From a virus (lineage: Duplodnaviria > Heunggongvirae > Uroviricota > Caudoviricetes), in IMG/VR virus record IMGVR_UViG_3300005613_000043: DNA of 64,000 bases. One strand, given 5' to 3'. The stretch's first letter is position 1. Each line of letters opens with the position of its first letter. Under the pieces are notes generated by a model, which saw only the letters and a program-made list of their open reading frames with translations, was not told the origin of the DNA and did not search any database. Positions 1 to 10,090 of this stretch are shown piece after piece. The position numbers were made by a program, and so were the translations under genes.

Positions 1-10
1 TAAATTTTTA

Positions 11-346
11 TTGGTAATCATGTATTTTTTTTTAGGAATCACTTTAGTCTATTCCATTCATACTACTGATGTAGTTCCAATAGGAAACGATACCTATGAC
101 TTGGGAAACTCTACAGATATGTATCGTGACCTGTGGATTTCAAGAAACGCATATATAGGCGGGACTCTTGAAGTGAGGGGAGTTTCTGAGTTTTATGATA
201 ATATGTCTTTATTTGGAAGCTTCAATGCTTCTGAAAACATAACTGTTGGAGAGGATATAAATTTAAATAGTTCAATTAGGGGTATTCATTCAAAGACTTT
301 TATTGAATATGATGAAAATGGTGCTCTTGTGATTCATATAGAATGA
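11..346 (+). CDS. hypothetical protein, sequon-rich (NDT, NST, NMS, NAS, NIT, NSS); possibly the 3' part of a gene starting before the window
   Basis: ORF track; composition resembles the downstream fibre-like genes; several N-x-S/T sequons. Confidence 0.3.
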   Translation: MVIMYFFLGITLVYSIHTTDVVPIGNDTYDLGNSTDMYRDLWISRNAYIGGTLEVRGVSEFYDNMSLFGSFNASENITVGEDINLNSSIRGIHSKTFIEYDENGALVIHIE

Positions 347-511
347 AAATTAAGGTAAAAGAGGAAAGTTAAATGAATAAAAAGGAAATTATAATAATTT
401 TTGTAATGCTAATGGCTTTTTTAAGTCGTTTTCTTAGAATTAATTGGTTTTGGATACTCTTTAAATCATTATATTTATTGATAAGTTTTTTAAGGTGAAA
501 ATAAATAAATA

Positions 512-1381
512 TTGGAGATAGAAATGAAAATAAAAATAAATAAAAAAACAATGGCTATTGGAATATTAGCGATAATATTTGGGATGGTATTCGCAAAAGC
601 AGCAATTCCAGATGCAGTGACTTTTAAGATAGAAAATAGCACGGGAACAGTATTCACAGTGGATAAGGTAGGTCATTTAAATGCTACAGGGAACATACAA
701 GCTGGATGGGATTTATATGTGGAAGGGACAATACATGCTGGAGCAGACAAGCTGGCTGAATCTATAATAGACTTTGATACATCATGTGGGACAGGGAATC
801 ATTTATACGTGAATGGAAATAATTTAGCTTGCGAAGCAGACGATGATACACCAGATTCAGATGCAGAAGTCCCTGACGCAATCACAGTAGACGGCGGGGT
901 AATAAACCTAACGACTAACGTGTTTGGAGGAACTCTTGGCGGGGATAACATAACAGATGGAACTATTGACGAATCAGAACTTGCAGACGATTCTGTTAAA
1001 GTGGGGGAGCTTGATGTATCAGATGTTTCTGACGACATCGCTGCAGACATAGCAGAAGGCGAACTTGCAGATAGCATAATACTCAGTACAGACATCAAAG
1101 ACGGAGTAATAAACGCATCTGATTTAGTAGCTGACCTTGATTTGCATTACAACAATCTTACAGCATGTACAGGGACAGAAATTTTGAAAATGTCTGGTGG
1201 GGCATGGGTATGTGCAGAAGATGTTTCAGGTGCGGTGGATTCGTATGTCAATACAACAGGAGACACAATGACAGGAAATTTAACTATGCAGAACCCAAAT
1301 ACAGCGATTGTAACTAACGACACGCATTCGTATATCTATTTTGATAGTGCTGGCGCAGTTATAGTTCGCCTCGAAGCTTAA
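512..1381 (+). CDS. fibre/adhesin-like protein with N-terminal signal peptide or TM anchor, acidic D/E repeat region, C-terminal GDTMTGNLT tail-fibre-type motif
   Basis: N-terminus MKIKINKKTMAIGILAIIFGMVFAKAA is hydrophobic; about 9 N-x-S/T sequons; motif GDTMTGNLTM shared with the next ORF; GGAG 9 nt upstream of ATG. Confidence 0.5.
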   Translation: MEIEMKIKINKKTMAIGILAIIFGMVFAKAAIPDAVTFKIENSTGTVFTVDKVGHLNATGNIQAGWDLYVEGTIHAGADKLAESIIDFDTSCGTGNHLYVNGNNLACEADDDTPDSDAEVPDAITVDGGVINLTTNVFGGTLGGDNITDGTIDESELADDSVKVGELDVSDVSDDIAADIAEGELADSIILSTDIKDGVINASDLVADLDLHYNNLTACTGTEILKMSGGAWVCAEDVSGAVDSYVNTTGDTMTGNLTMQNPNTAIVTNDTHSYIYFDSAGAVIVRLEA

Positions 1382-1384
1382 GAG

Positions 1385-1741
1385 TTGATAAAGATGAAAC
1401 TCAGAAAGTGGATTTGTTTAGTTATTGTTTTAGGAGTTTTTGTTACTGTTAAAGCCACACAATTTAAAATAGAAGACGCTACTAGCAATATAGTTGCTTG
1501 GTTTAATAATACTGGTTCTTTAAACATCACTGAAGATTTAATCTGCCCTGCTTGTATTAATCCAGAGGATGTTAATGATATTGATGATGAGGATATTGAA
1601 ACTGATTTGAACACTTATGTTGATATTGCTGGAGACACGATGAATGGAAATCTCACTATGAATGAAAATGCTATTAAAATTGGGAATTGGTGTATTTTGA
1701 ATTCCACTTCAACTAATTTAATAATTACAAATTCATGTTGA
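1385..1741 (+). CDS. small secreted fibre-associated protein sharing the GDTM(N/T)GNLTM motif
   Basis: signal peptide MIKMKLRKWICLVIVLGVFVTVKA; motif GDTMNGNLTMNEN paralogous to the C-terminus of the 512..1381 product. Confidence 0.45.
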   Translation: MIKMKLRKWICLVIVLGVFVTVKATQFKIEDATSNIVAWFNNTGSLNITEDLICPACINPEDVNDIDDEDIETDLNTYVDIAGDTMNGNLTMNENAIKIGNWCILNSTSTNLIITNSC

Positions 1742-3369
1742 TATGGATGGACAGGAAAGGCATAATAAAGAAAATAGGAATGTTGGTATTTTTGGTAGTG
1801 ATGGGAATAGAGTTTTCTTTGTTGTATCCAGAAGAAGTCAAAACACAAGAAAAAATAAAACAAATAGAAATCAAATCAACTTATACTCCAACTACTGAAA
1901 CACATTGTAATGATGGAAAGTGTACATTAACTCTTTACTCTGGTTATGCTCCTCATATGTGGGATAAGTTCAAGAATATGAGTTCTCTAAAAGATTATTT
2001 TAATGTAGTTTATTTGAAAAAAGATAAAAGATATAATTTGGAAGTAGAGGATTTTAATTATACTCATATTAAACTTAAACCTATTGTTAAAGATAATAAA
2101 GAATTGAATAAGTTAGTTCCTATAAAAACTGAAGGAAAGGTTCATTTTCATACTTTTAAAAATTTAAATGAAAGACCAACCGTTTTCTTTCAGATGGGTA
2201 ATGTTCTTGCTCATAATTATAGTTTTGGAGAACATTCTACGACTATTATGTTGCAAGAAGCTAATACAGAAAATTTAGATGATAATTATGTTCGTATAGA
2301 AGAAACAACTGATTACAGTGATACAGCATACTTACAGGATTCGTGGGACACAGGTGATGATGAATGGGAATACAGTTCATTTTTCAAATTTGATATAAGT
2401 TCATTGCCCAATGGTGCAACAATAGATAGTTCAGATTTTTATCAGTATTTTTATTACGAATCTCTTGACTCAGGTGAAAGTCTTTATTTGGGAGCATATC
2501 ATGTCTATGATGTTAACTCTTACAACATTTCAGGAGCTGAATGGGCAGAAGATACAATAGATGGAACGAATTATCCAGACGCTTCTGACGAATACAATAC
2601 GACTTATGAATCAACAAACACAATTTCAAATGGAGACTCTGATGCTTGGTATGGGTGGAGCGTAACTAACATGATTGTTAATGAATACAATAAAGCAAAT
2701 AATAATGTTTCGATTTGGATACTTCCCTATGACAAAGGAGGAAGTCCAACTCTTGTTGATTATGTTCGATTTTATTCAAAAGAATATACAACAGACACAA
2801 CACTCCGTCCCTATTTGAACATTACATATTCAACACCCGATACAGAATATCCTCAATACTCATTAAACTCAACAAACTCAACATATGCTGGAAAAATAAT
2901 AACCCATTCTTTATACTGGGAAGACAATGTTGACTTGGATTATACTGATGTTTATTTGGATAATTGTTCGGGTAGTTTGGATTTACTCACAACTGCTTAT
3001 CATGGTGGTGCATCCCCTGCTTGGGTCAATTTTACTGTTGGAATAAATGACACAGTAGGATGTACTGTAAGGTGGTGTGAAGAAACCAATGATACTGCTG
3101 GGAATAAAAACACCACATCTTGTAACAATCCGTTTTCTTATATAACGACATCACCAGACACATGCACTTATTCATCAGGAGATTGGGAAATAGACTGTAA
3201 TGACAATTGCGATGAAACAGGAATAAACATAACAGGGGATTTGAAGATTTATTCAACTGCTTCTGGAACAGTAAATCTAACTAATGTTAACTTTTCAACT
3301 TTTCAAGTCAATGCTACAGATGTTTGTACTATAACTTTAGGAAATCCGTGGAATGCTATGGGATGGTAA
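1735..3369 (+). CDS. secreted protein with DNRLRE-like (disaggregatase-related / carbohydrate-binding-like) domain and a Cys-rich C-terminus
   Basis: N-terminal hydrophobic segment; segment DDNYVRIEETTDYSDTAYLQDS...FFKFDISSLPNGATIDSSDF...WILPYDKGG resembles the DNRLRE-domain pattern; many N-x-S/T sequons. Confidence 0.45.
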   Translation: MLIWMDRKGIIKKIGMLVFLVVMGIEFSLLYPEEVKTQEKIKQIEIKSTYTPTTETHCNDGKCTLTLYSGYAPHMWDKFKNMSSLKDYFNVVYLKKDKRYNLEVEDFNYTHIKLKPIVKDNKELNKLVPIKTEGKVHFHTFKNLNERPTVFFQMGNVLAHNYSFGEHSTTIMLQEANTENLDDNYVRIEETTDYSDTAYLQDSWDTGDDEWEYSSFFKFDISSLPNGATIDSSDFYQYFYYESLDSGESLYLGAYHVYDVNSYNISGAEWAEDTIDGTNYPDASDEYNTTYESTNTISNGDSDAWYGWSVTNMIVNEYNKANNNVSIWILPYDKGGSPTLVDYVRFYSKEYTTDTTLRPYLNITYSTPDTEYPQYSLNSTNSTYAGKIITHSLYWEDNVDLDYTDVYLDNCSGSLDLLTTAYHGGASPAWVNFTVGINDTVGCTVRWCEETNDTAGNKNTTSCNNPFSYITTSPDTCTYSSGDWEIDCNDNCDETGINITGDLKIYSTASGTVNLTNVNFSTFQVNATDVCTITLGNPWNAMGW

Positions 3370-3417
3370 ACAGAAATATTTAACTACATTAAAACATAAT
3401 TAAATAAGGTTGATAAA

Positions 3418-3768
3418 ATGGAAAAAAAAGATTATTCAATGGTTGTTTTATCAACGGTTTTATTGGTAAGTTTAGGATTAAATGTGATGCCAGAACCCAC
3501 ACATTATTGTGATTCCAGAGAACTAAAAGCATATTGTTTTAGCCTTAGCGAGACATTAAAAACATGCTATACACTTCCTAATAATAAAGGAGGCAAGAGA
3601 TGTTCAGAGGGATGGAAAGAACTTATAATTGCTCCAGAAGGAGTGGAAACAGTTCAGGTAGATGCTAATGGAAAAATATGGGAATGTGAGATAAAGGAAG
3701 GAAAGATAAATAAGTATTCAAATTGTTTTTCAGGAAAATATCACGGATACCTTGGGGAATTTATCTAA
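3418..3768 (+). CDS. small secreted cysteine-rich protein
   Basis: signal peptide MVVLSTVLLVSLGLNV; 8 Cys in 116 aa. Confidence 0.35.
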   Translation: MEKKDYSMVVLSTVLLVSLGLNVMPEPTHYCDSRELKAYCFSLSETLKTCYTLPNNKGGKRCSEGWKELIIAPEGVETVQVDANGKIWECEIKEGKINKYSNCFSGKYHGYLGEFI

Positions 3769-3795
3769 TAAAAAAAATAAAATAATTAGACCGAT

Positions 3796-3972
3796 TCATT
3801 CTTCCAATTTTCTAATTACTACTTCTACTTTTTCTCCTTTCTTAAGTTTCAGTTTTCTCGCAGTTGTTCCAGTTTTAGAAAAACTCATTTCTGCTTGATT
3901 TCTTCCAAAATCAAGATGAATTTCAGAGCCGAAACCCATATCAACTTTAGCTTTTAAGATTGCTTCAACCAT
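3796..3972 (-). CDS. 58-aa protein (MVEAILKAKVDMGFGSEIHLDFGRNQAEMSFSKTGTTARKLKLKKGEKVEVVIRKLEE), possible AbrB/SpoVT-like small DNA-binding regulator
   Basis: Below the 60-aa track cut-off; perfect SD AAGGAGGTGA 8 nt upstream of ATG on the minus strand; KxGxxVEV-type C-terminus. Confidence 0.35.
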   Translation of the reverse strand: MVEAILKAKVDMGFGSEIHLDFGRNQAEMSFSKTGTTARKLKLKKGEKVEVVIRKLEE

Positions 3973-4612
3973 TTTTTTTCACCTCCTTATATCCTAATTG
4001 CCGACCTCGAAAGCTTAGGCGATGAATCCTCCGAGCAAAGAGAGAATGACATGGCGCATTCTGACAAAGGGGATAACCCTGCTCTGCAATTTTTTGCCTT
4101 GGTTTTTCGACACTTCATTTGTTAGCCATGCTTGATTAGATGCTTTCTACTTCAGGTCTTTAGCAAGGCTTTAAGATTACTTTCACTTTTTTAGTTCCTA
4201 ACATTGTTCCTATTACCTTTGGAACATAGATGTATTTTTTCTTATCACCAGTGATATTAGTGATAAAGATGAATTCTTTCTCGTCTAATTTTAATATTTC
4301 ATATTTAGTCAAAGGGATAAGACCACCTTTCTTGTTTCTTTTCTTTGGTTTCGAACATACACTTCGGGCAGTAAAACAATTCTGCTATTTTATTCCACTT
4401 CATGTAAGTTTGACATCGTTGGCACTTCATTTAATCAGCAATTTTCTTCCAGATTAAATTATTCCCAAATCTTTTTGCGAAATCCACTACTTCTAACCAT
4501 TCATTAAATTTCATGTCTGTGTCTATTTCGATTTTCATAATCTTATTCTAACTTTTAAGTATATATTCTTTTCTATACCAATTAATTTAAATTCTCGAAT
4601 CATAATTAACTT

Positions 4613-6007
4613 ATGCGAACCGTTAAAGAAATCCTCGATGGGATGAATCAGATTGATTTCGATTTGATAGCATCCCGTGACCCAGTGTTTTTCGGAAGGA
4701 GGGTATTAGGACTAATCATTAAACCGTTCCATGAGGAGTGGATTGATATGTTTATGAATAGTAATTTGACTTGTATCGTTGCTCCAACTGGGCACGGTAA
4801 AACGAATCTAATGGGAATAATGATGTCTTTATGGATAGCGCAGTATCAGCATAACAAAGAAATATTAATTGTATCGAATACGATGGAGCAATCGACTAAG
4901 ATATTAGACAGGATTAAGGATATGATTAGGGATAATGAAATGCTTCAGAATTTGATACCAATAAAGCAACAGGAAAAAACTTGGTCTAAAACCGAAATAC
5001 ACCTTAGAACTGGATGTAAAATTTACTGCAAACCATGCAACCAAAATATTCGAAGTTACCACGTAAACTACCTTTTAGCAGATGAAGTGGCTCAGTATCG
5101 AGACCACCAGGTATTCTTTAAGTGGATTATGACACGTGTTACGTCTAAAATGGGAAAATTAGTTGCAATCACTACTTTTATAGATGAGATGGACCTAGCT
5201 CATAAATTAGTTGGGAAAGAAGGAGAGAAAAGAGGATTTGCATCAAAAGTATATAAAGCAATTGACAAAGAAGGCAATCCATTTTTTCCTGAACTTTACT
5301 CCAAGGAAAGATTACAGGAGATTAAAGAGTCAATTGGCAGTCTGGCATTTGACCGAGAATACCTTAGCAATACTTTATCTATTGAAGACGCATTGTTTCC
5401 GCCTCAGATGGTTGCTTCTTGTTTTAACGAGGAATTAGGCTTCAGCATGAAAGAGGGCGAATACACAGTAATGGGAATTGATATAGCGGTAAGCGCTGGA
5501 GCTACTGCAGATTATTCAGTATTTACTATAGTCGAAAATATAGGCAGGAAGACTTACATAAGGAGAATTGAAAGATACAGGGGAATGCCAATATCTTTTC
5601 AAATTGACAGGATAATCGAACTTCAAAATATTTTCAAGTGCAAGCATATTTATTTAGATTCTAGTTCAATGGGGGAAACATTCGTGCAGGAGCTTAGGCA
5701 GAAAGGTTTGCCAATTACGCCTTGTGATTTCTCATACAAAAATAGAAATGATTACCTGATTAACTTAAGGAGATATATGGATGAAAAAAGGTTAGTAATT
5801 CCTCGAAAATTTGAAGACTCTAAATGCATAACAATGGGAGATATTTTATACGGAGAATTAATCTCATTTGTTGTTACAAAAACTCCAAGCGGGATGGTTA
5901 CTTATAAGACAACCTCTAAACATGATGACTCGGTTTTTAGCCTCGCCCTTGCTATCAAAGGGGCAAGTTCACAGAAAAAATTTATCGACACTTTTTTCGC
6001 TGAGTAG
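4613..6007 (+). CDS. terL: terminase large subunit
   Basis: Walker A IVAPTGHGKT, Walker B LLADEVAQ, C-terminal RNaseH-like nuclease motifs MGIDIAVSAGATADYSVFTIVE and KHDDSVFSLALAI; sits upstream of portal. Confidence 0.88.
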   Translation: MRTVKEILDGMNQIDFDLIASRDPVFFGRRVLGLIIKPFHEEWIDMFMNSNLTCIVAPTGHGKTNLMGIMMSLWIAQYQHNKEILIVSNTMEQSTKILDRIKDMIRDNEMLQNLIPIKQQEKTWSKTEIHLRTGCKIYCKPCNQNIRSYHVNYLLADEVAQYRDHQVFFKWIMTRVTSKMGKLVAITTFIDEMDLAHKLVGKEGEKRGFASKVYKAIDKEGNPFFPELYSKERLQEIKESIGSLAFDREYLSNTLSIEDALFPPQMVASCFNEELGFSMKEGEYTVMGIDIAVSAGATADYSVFTIVENIGRKTYIRRIERYRGMPISFQIDRIIELQNIFKCKHIYLDSSSMGETFVQELRQKGLPITPCDFSYKNRNDYLINLRRYMDEKRLVIPRKFEDSKCITMGDILYGELISFVVTKTPSGMVTYKTTSKHDDSVFSLALAIKGASSQKKFIDTFFAE

Positions 6008-6044
6008 ATAAATTTATTTATACTACTAAGTATAAATTCAATTC

Positions 6045-6431
6045 ATGAAAATAAAATCTATTTTAATTCAAGCTTTAATTTTTCTGAAAGAATTTTTAAA
6101 TAAGGTTTTAGATTTTCTAAAAGAGTCGTTTGTTAAGATTACAAAATCATTTGAAAGATTTAAAAAACAAATCAAAAGAAGGAAAAATAGAATTAAAAAT
6201 AATTTCTCAAAAAAAATAATTAAGGTTAAACTAATACTTGGAAAAATAAAATATGTCCCTTTGCTTCATTTTTTCTTGTTTGTTTTTTCTTATGGTCTGC
6301 TGATTAATTATGTTATTAAAATTCTTTTGAATTTTAAATTTACAATTTTCACCGTGCCTGCGTGGGGAATATTTTATTACTTTATCCGAGAGGAATTGGT
6401 AGGCATAATTAGAAAAATAAAAGGGAGATAA
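6045..6431 (+). CDS. hypothetical basic/hydrophobic small protein
   Basis: ORF track; Lys-rich N-terminus and hydrophobic C-terminus between terL and portal. Confidence 0.3.
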   Translation: MKIKSILIQALIFLKEFLNKVLDFLKESFVKITKSFERFKKQIKRRKNRIKNNFSKKIIKVKLILGKIKYVPLLHFFLFVFSYGLLINYVIKILLNFKFTIFTVPAWGIFYYFIREELVGIIRKIKGR

Positions 6432-7685
6432 ATGAAATTAATATCAGAAACACTTGGTTTGGATAAGGTCTTCTTCTTGGAAGAAGTAGGAGGAGAATCT
6501 GGAGTTCCAGTATCAGTGAAAACTACTCCAGAATTAGTTCGGGTTGAGAAAAAATTCCTTGAGCACATGTATATCGACAATCCTGTAGTTTTCAATTCAA
6601 TAAATAAAACTGTCCAGCTAATAATGTCCGCAGGGCATAAGATAATCGCTAAAGACCCAAAAGTTCAGGCTTTCTATGATGGTTTCATATCTAATATAGG
6701 TTACATGGGGGGAGAGAAGTATTGGGAAGAATTAGTAGAGGGGATGTTCAAGTCCCAAACAATTTTTGGTGACTGTTGGATTGAGAAAATTTTCAATACT
6801 AAGGGGAATAAAATAGTCGACTTAGACGCAATCGACCCAAAGAAGATGGATTATGCCAAAAATGGGATGCAAAAGATAGCTCTTGATAAATTTGGAAACC
6901 CGATTGGATATGCCCAAACGATTCCATACTCAGCGTCTTCACAGATTTCAAAGGTAATCAATCCGCCAAAAAATTCAAATATTCTCTTAATGGGAAACCA
7001 AATCTTCATACCGCCAGAACGGGTTGCCCACTTTAAGCTTTATACTGTCGGTGATGGATTCTACGGGATAGGATTAATCGAGCCTATTTATAAAATTTCA
7101 TCAAGTAAAATTGAAATGGAAAGGGCATTGGTGAATACGGCTTGGAGGGTTCTTTCGCCAACGCCAGTAGCAAAGGTTGGAGACAAAGACCATGAACCAA
7201 GCCCTAATCAGGTTAAAAATATTTTCGATAAGATTAAGAACATGAACTACAAATATGGATTCTCTTTTCCGTATTACAACGATATTCAGTTCTTGGAAGC
7301 CAAGCACCCTGAAAAAGCAAAGGAGCAGTTGACCTATTGGATAGACCAAGAAGTCACTGGAATGGGACTTCCTAAAGCAATTTCTACAGGAAGCGGGGCT
7401 ACTACATCCCGTTCAATCCTTGCAAAACAAATCTTCGTTTCCAAACTTACCTTAAAAGATATAGTCAAGCGGACAATCAGAGGGATAGAGAGTAAAATTT
7501 TCAAGCACGTTTCAAAATTAGAAGGATTCAAAGAAGTTCCAAGGATTGAATGGGGAGAATTAGCATTGGAGGAACTTGATGCTAAAATAAACAGGATTAT
7601 AGGGCTTAAGAAACAAGAACTAATCACTTCTGATGAAAACTTGGAGAACTACTTGAGGAAACTCGAAAACCTGCCAACTAAGTGA
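6432..7685 (+). CDS. portal protein (putative)
   Basis: 417 aa immediately downstream of terL and upstream of head-morphogenesis genes; GGGAG SD; size and position typical. Confidence 0.6.
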   Translation: MKLISETLGLDKVFFLEEVGGESGVPVSVKTTPELVRVEKKFLEHMYIDNPVVFNSINKTVQLIMSAGHKIIAKDPKVQAFYDGFISNIGYMGGEKYWEELVEGMFKSQTIFGDCWIEKIFNTKGNKIVDLDAIDPKKMDYAKNGMQKIALDKFGNPIGYAQTIPYSASSQISKVINPPKNSNILLMGNQIFIPPERVAHFKLYTVGDGFYGIGLIEPIYKISSSKIEMERALVNTAWRVLSPTPVAKVGDKDHEPSPNQVKNIFDKIKNMNYKYGFSFPYYNDIQFLEAKHPEKAKEQLTYWIDQEVTGMGLPKAISTGSGATTSRSILAKQIFVSKLTLKDIVKRTIRGIESKIFKHVSKLEGFKEVPRIEWGELALEELDAKINRIIGLKKQELITSDENLENYLRKLENLPTK

Positions 7686-9457
7686 GTTTCATGGTTAAAA
7701 TAATTGAAAATCTAACGGAGTTTAAAGAGGGAATATACATTTCTGAACCTTTAGGTAGATTGATTGCCGAGGGCGAGAAAACATTAATCGTCAAGAAAAA
7801 GAAATTCTCTTGGGAGAATAAGTTAAAGTATCTAGTATCTGGAGATAAGTGCTACGGGATTATTCAGATTAAGAAGATTTATCCTATAGATATTGATAAG
7901 TTCAGGGAGCTTGAAGATAGACATAAAGTTTCAGAAATTGAGAGGTCAAGATGGTTTCCTAATATTCAGATGTTGTTTGCTTATGATTTTGAAATAGTGG
8001 AGAAATACAAAGAGCCTAAAAAGATTGAATTGCCGAAGGATGTTAAAACTGATATTAAAAATGTGAAATTTTTATCAAAAATTACTTACGAAGAAGAAAG
8101 CAAAATAATTAATGAAAATAAAAAGAAACCAGAAGCATCCAAGCCGCATAAGTTTAAACCCGCTGAGTGGACTCACAAGAATGGTCATCCAAGATGTTTA
8201 ATTTGCGGCGATGAAGAATTAACAGAGGAAGCTTGTAAAGAATTTAACATACCAAAAGGATGGTGTAGGGGGATAGAAAAAGAAATTTTATCCGAAGAAT
8301 ATTCTCCTATTGGTATTTCAGACGACCATGACAAAGGAAGAGCGGTTAAGTGGGAAGAGGTGACCAAATACTGGAAAAAACCAATCAAGCTCGTGGAGGG
8401 GTTCATTCAGTTAATAGGAGGAGTTCCCTCTCATAAAGATGGCTCAACTGGTGACATTGACATATTGATTAGGAAACCCGAACCAAAGGGTTCAGAAGAT
8501 ATGCCTGTTAAGTTCAGGCTGTTCAGGTCATTGCCTCGTGAGTTGGGAAATAGGCTTCATTTTGTTTATGACAAGTTTCACGGACCAATTACTGATAATG
8601 TAAAAGTTTATGATTTAGTCCTGATGCCTATTGAATTGAAAGTTGAGAAGATGGAGATAAATGATTTGAATCAAGAGTCATCTAAAAAGTTAAGATTCGT
8701 TATACAATCACATTTTCGTGGGAAAAGTGAACATTTAGACTTTCGTTTTGAAATGAATGGTCATCTTGAGGGGTGGACGGTTGATGATTTAGTTAAAGGG
8801 GTTATAAAAGAACCAGTCTTAACAGTCGAAGAAGGTAAAAGAATATGTTCGAATAAACAAGCTTCAAAGATTGATTGGGATAAGGGTGAAACAAAAAAAT
8901 TACCTTCTGGTCAACACATGAAGATTTTAACCCAACCTAAGAAAAAACACCCAAAAGATTGGTTAAAAGTTAAAGGAATAGTTCCTATAGGTGAACCTGG
9001 CTCTACTAAACAATATCCAGGTGTGTTTATTATTAGGGATTCAGGGTGGTGGGAAGAAGGAGTTAGAAAACCTGATGTTTACGAATATTTCATTCATGGT
9101 AACAAGCTAAAAGGAATTTATATTTTTATAAAAATATCGACTAAAGGATTGAAGCCGAGAGAAGAGCCATTAAAGGATTCTATGGTATGGTTCTTTTGGA
9201 AGAAAGCTGAACAAGTTCCTTATATGCTTAGTTCAAGAAGTTTGAAAACAAAAACAATTCCACCAATTGGGGTATCATGGCTGCCGAAGAAAATAGAAAA
9301 CTTAATTCCTAAAGATTTGAGGTATTGGATTCCTAATTTATCAATGGAAGACCGATTGAAACGATTGGAAGGAGCGATAGATTTTTGGAAAGGAAGAGAA
9401 ATTGAAATGAGCCATGAATTGGACAAGGTTAAATTTTTAAAAGGGCTTGAGGCATGA
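7682..9457 (+). CDS. multidomain protein: N-terminal ASCH/PUA-like region, pol-beta-type nucleotidyltransferase motif, C-terminal LigD-like 3'-phosphoesterase (PE) domain
   Basis: GGVPSHKDGSTGDIDILIRKPE matches the hG[GS]x(9-13)DhD NTase signature; RFVIQSHFRGKSEHLDFRFEMNGHLEGWTV matches the LigD-PE core FVIQ.H.....H.DFR.E....L.sWAV; ATGA start overlap with the next gene. Confidence 0.5.
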   Translation: MSFMVKIIENLTEFKEGIYISEPLGRLIAEGEKTLIVKKKKFSWENKLKYLVSGDKCYGIIQIKKIYPIDIDKFRELEDRHKVSEIERSRWFPNIQMLFAYDFEIVEKYKEPKKIELPKDVKTDIKNVKFLSKITYEEESKIINENKKKPEASKPHKFKPAEWTHKNGHPRCLICGDEELTEEACKEFNIPKGWCRGIEKEILSEEYSPIGISDDHDKGRAVKWEEVTKYWKKPIKLVEGFIQLIGGVPSHKDGSTGDIDILIRKPEPKGSEDMPVKFRLFRSLPRELGNRLHFVYDKFHGPITDNVKVYDLVLMPIELKVEKMEINDLNQESSKKLRFVIQSHFRGKSEHLDFRFEMNGHLEGWTVDDLVKGVIKEPVLTVEEGKRICSNKQASKIDWDKGETKKLPSGQHMKILTQPKKKHPKDWLKVKGIVPIGEPGSTKQYPGVFIIRDSGWWEEGVRKPDVYEYFIHGNKLKGIYIFIKISTKGLKPREEPLKDSMVWFFWKKAEQVPYMLSSRSLKTKTIPPIGVSWLPKKIENLIPKDLRYWIPNLSMEDRLKRLEGAIDFWKGREIEMSHELDKVKFLKGLEA

Positions 9458-10071
9458 CTGTTAAATTCTACTTATACAGACACTGGTGGAGAGGTGTTGT
9501 ATTGCCTAAACAATCAATTTCTCATTATGATTTAAGGTTTGACGAAGATAGACCCATCCACAGGTATTTTAGGTTAGATAAAGACCCTATGTATTTTACC
9601 AAGAATATAATCAGCGTTGAGGACAAATGCGATGATGAGAGGTGGCTGACTTTTGAGGGGATAATAGAGCCAAAAGATAAAGAAACGAGAAAGTGGCTGA
9701 TTGGGGGGAATCCAAATAAGAAAATAGTTGCTCATGTGGACTTGATTGATTCAGGAAAAGTGAATATACTTTCTGACACTCCGATGTTTATCTCGTTCAT
9801 TTTTTCTGGAAAGGAAATAAAGGGGTATTGGGTAATGAGAGGAGCATCCCCTGAAGAAAAGGTATGGGTTTTTGAGAAGAGCAAACTGCCCAAGAGTTAT
9901 AAGGGAAAAAACTTAGAAGATAAAAGAAACCTTCAGAAAATCCCTCCTGAAATAGAAAAAGAAATAATCAAACTAACCAAAGAAGGAAAATCAAGACCTG
10001 ATATTTCAAAAATAACAAGCACATGCCAAGCTACAGTTTATTACTACCAAAAACAATACGGATTAGTGTGA
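9454..10071 (+). CDS. LigD-PE-like phosphoesterase domain protein with C-terminal helix-turn-helix
   Basis: SISHYDLRFDEDRPIHRYF and ISVEDKCDDERWLTFEGIIEP align to the LigD-PE motifs HYDLRLE and VEDHPLDY.DFEG.IP; C-terminus KLTKEGKSRPDISKITSTCQATVYYY is HTH-like. Confidence 0.5.
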   Translation: MTVKFYLYRHWWRGVVLPKQSISHYDLRFDEDRPIHRYFRLDKDPMYFTKNIISVEDKCDDERWLTFEGIIEPKDKETRKWLIGGNPNKKIVAHVDLIDSGKVNILSDTPMFISFIFSGKEIKGYWVMRGASPEEKVWVFEKSKLPKSYKGKNLEDKRNLQKIPPEIEKEIIKLTKEGKSRPDISKITSTCQATVYYYQKQYGLV

Positions 10072-10090
10072 CTTAGCATATAACGAAACA

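Noticed and set aside
4005-4100. GC-rich patch as a tRNA or other known RNA gene
   Set aside because: No cloverleaf can be drawn, and no 7-bp acceptor pairing or T-loop GTTCRA motif is present. It is kept only as an unexplained leader.
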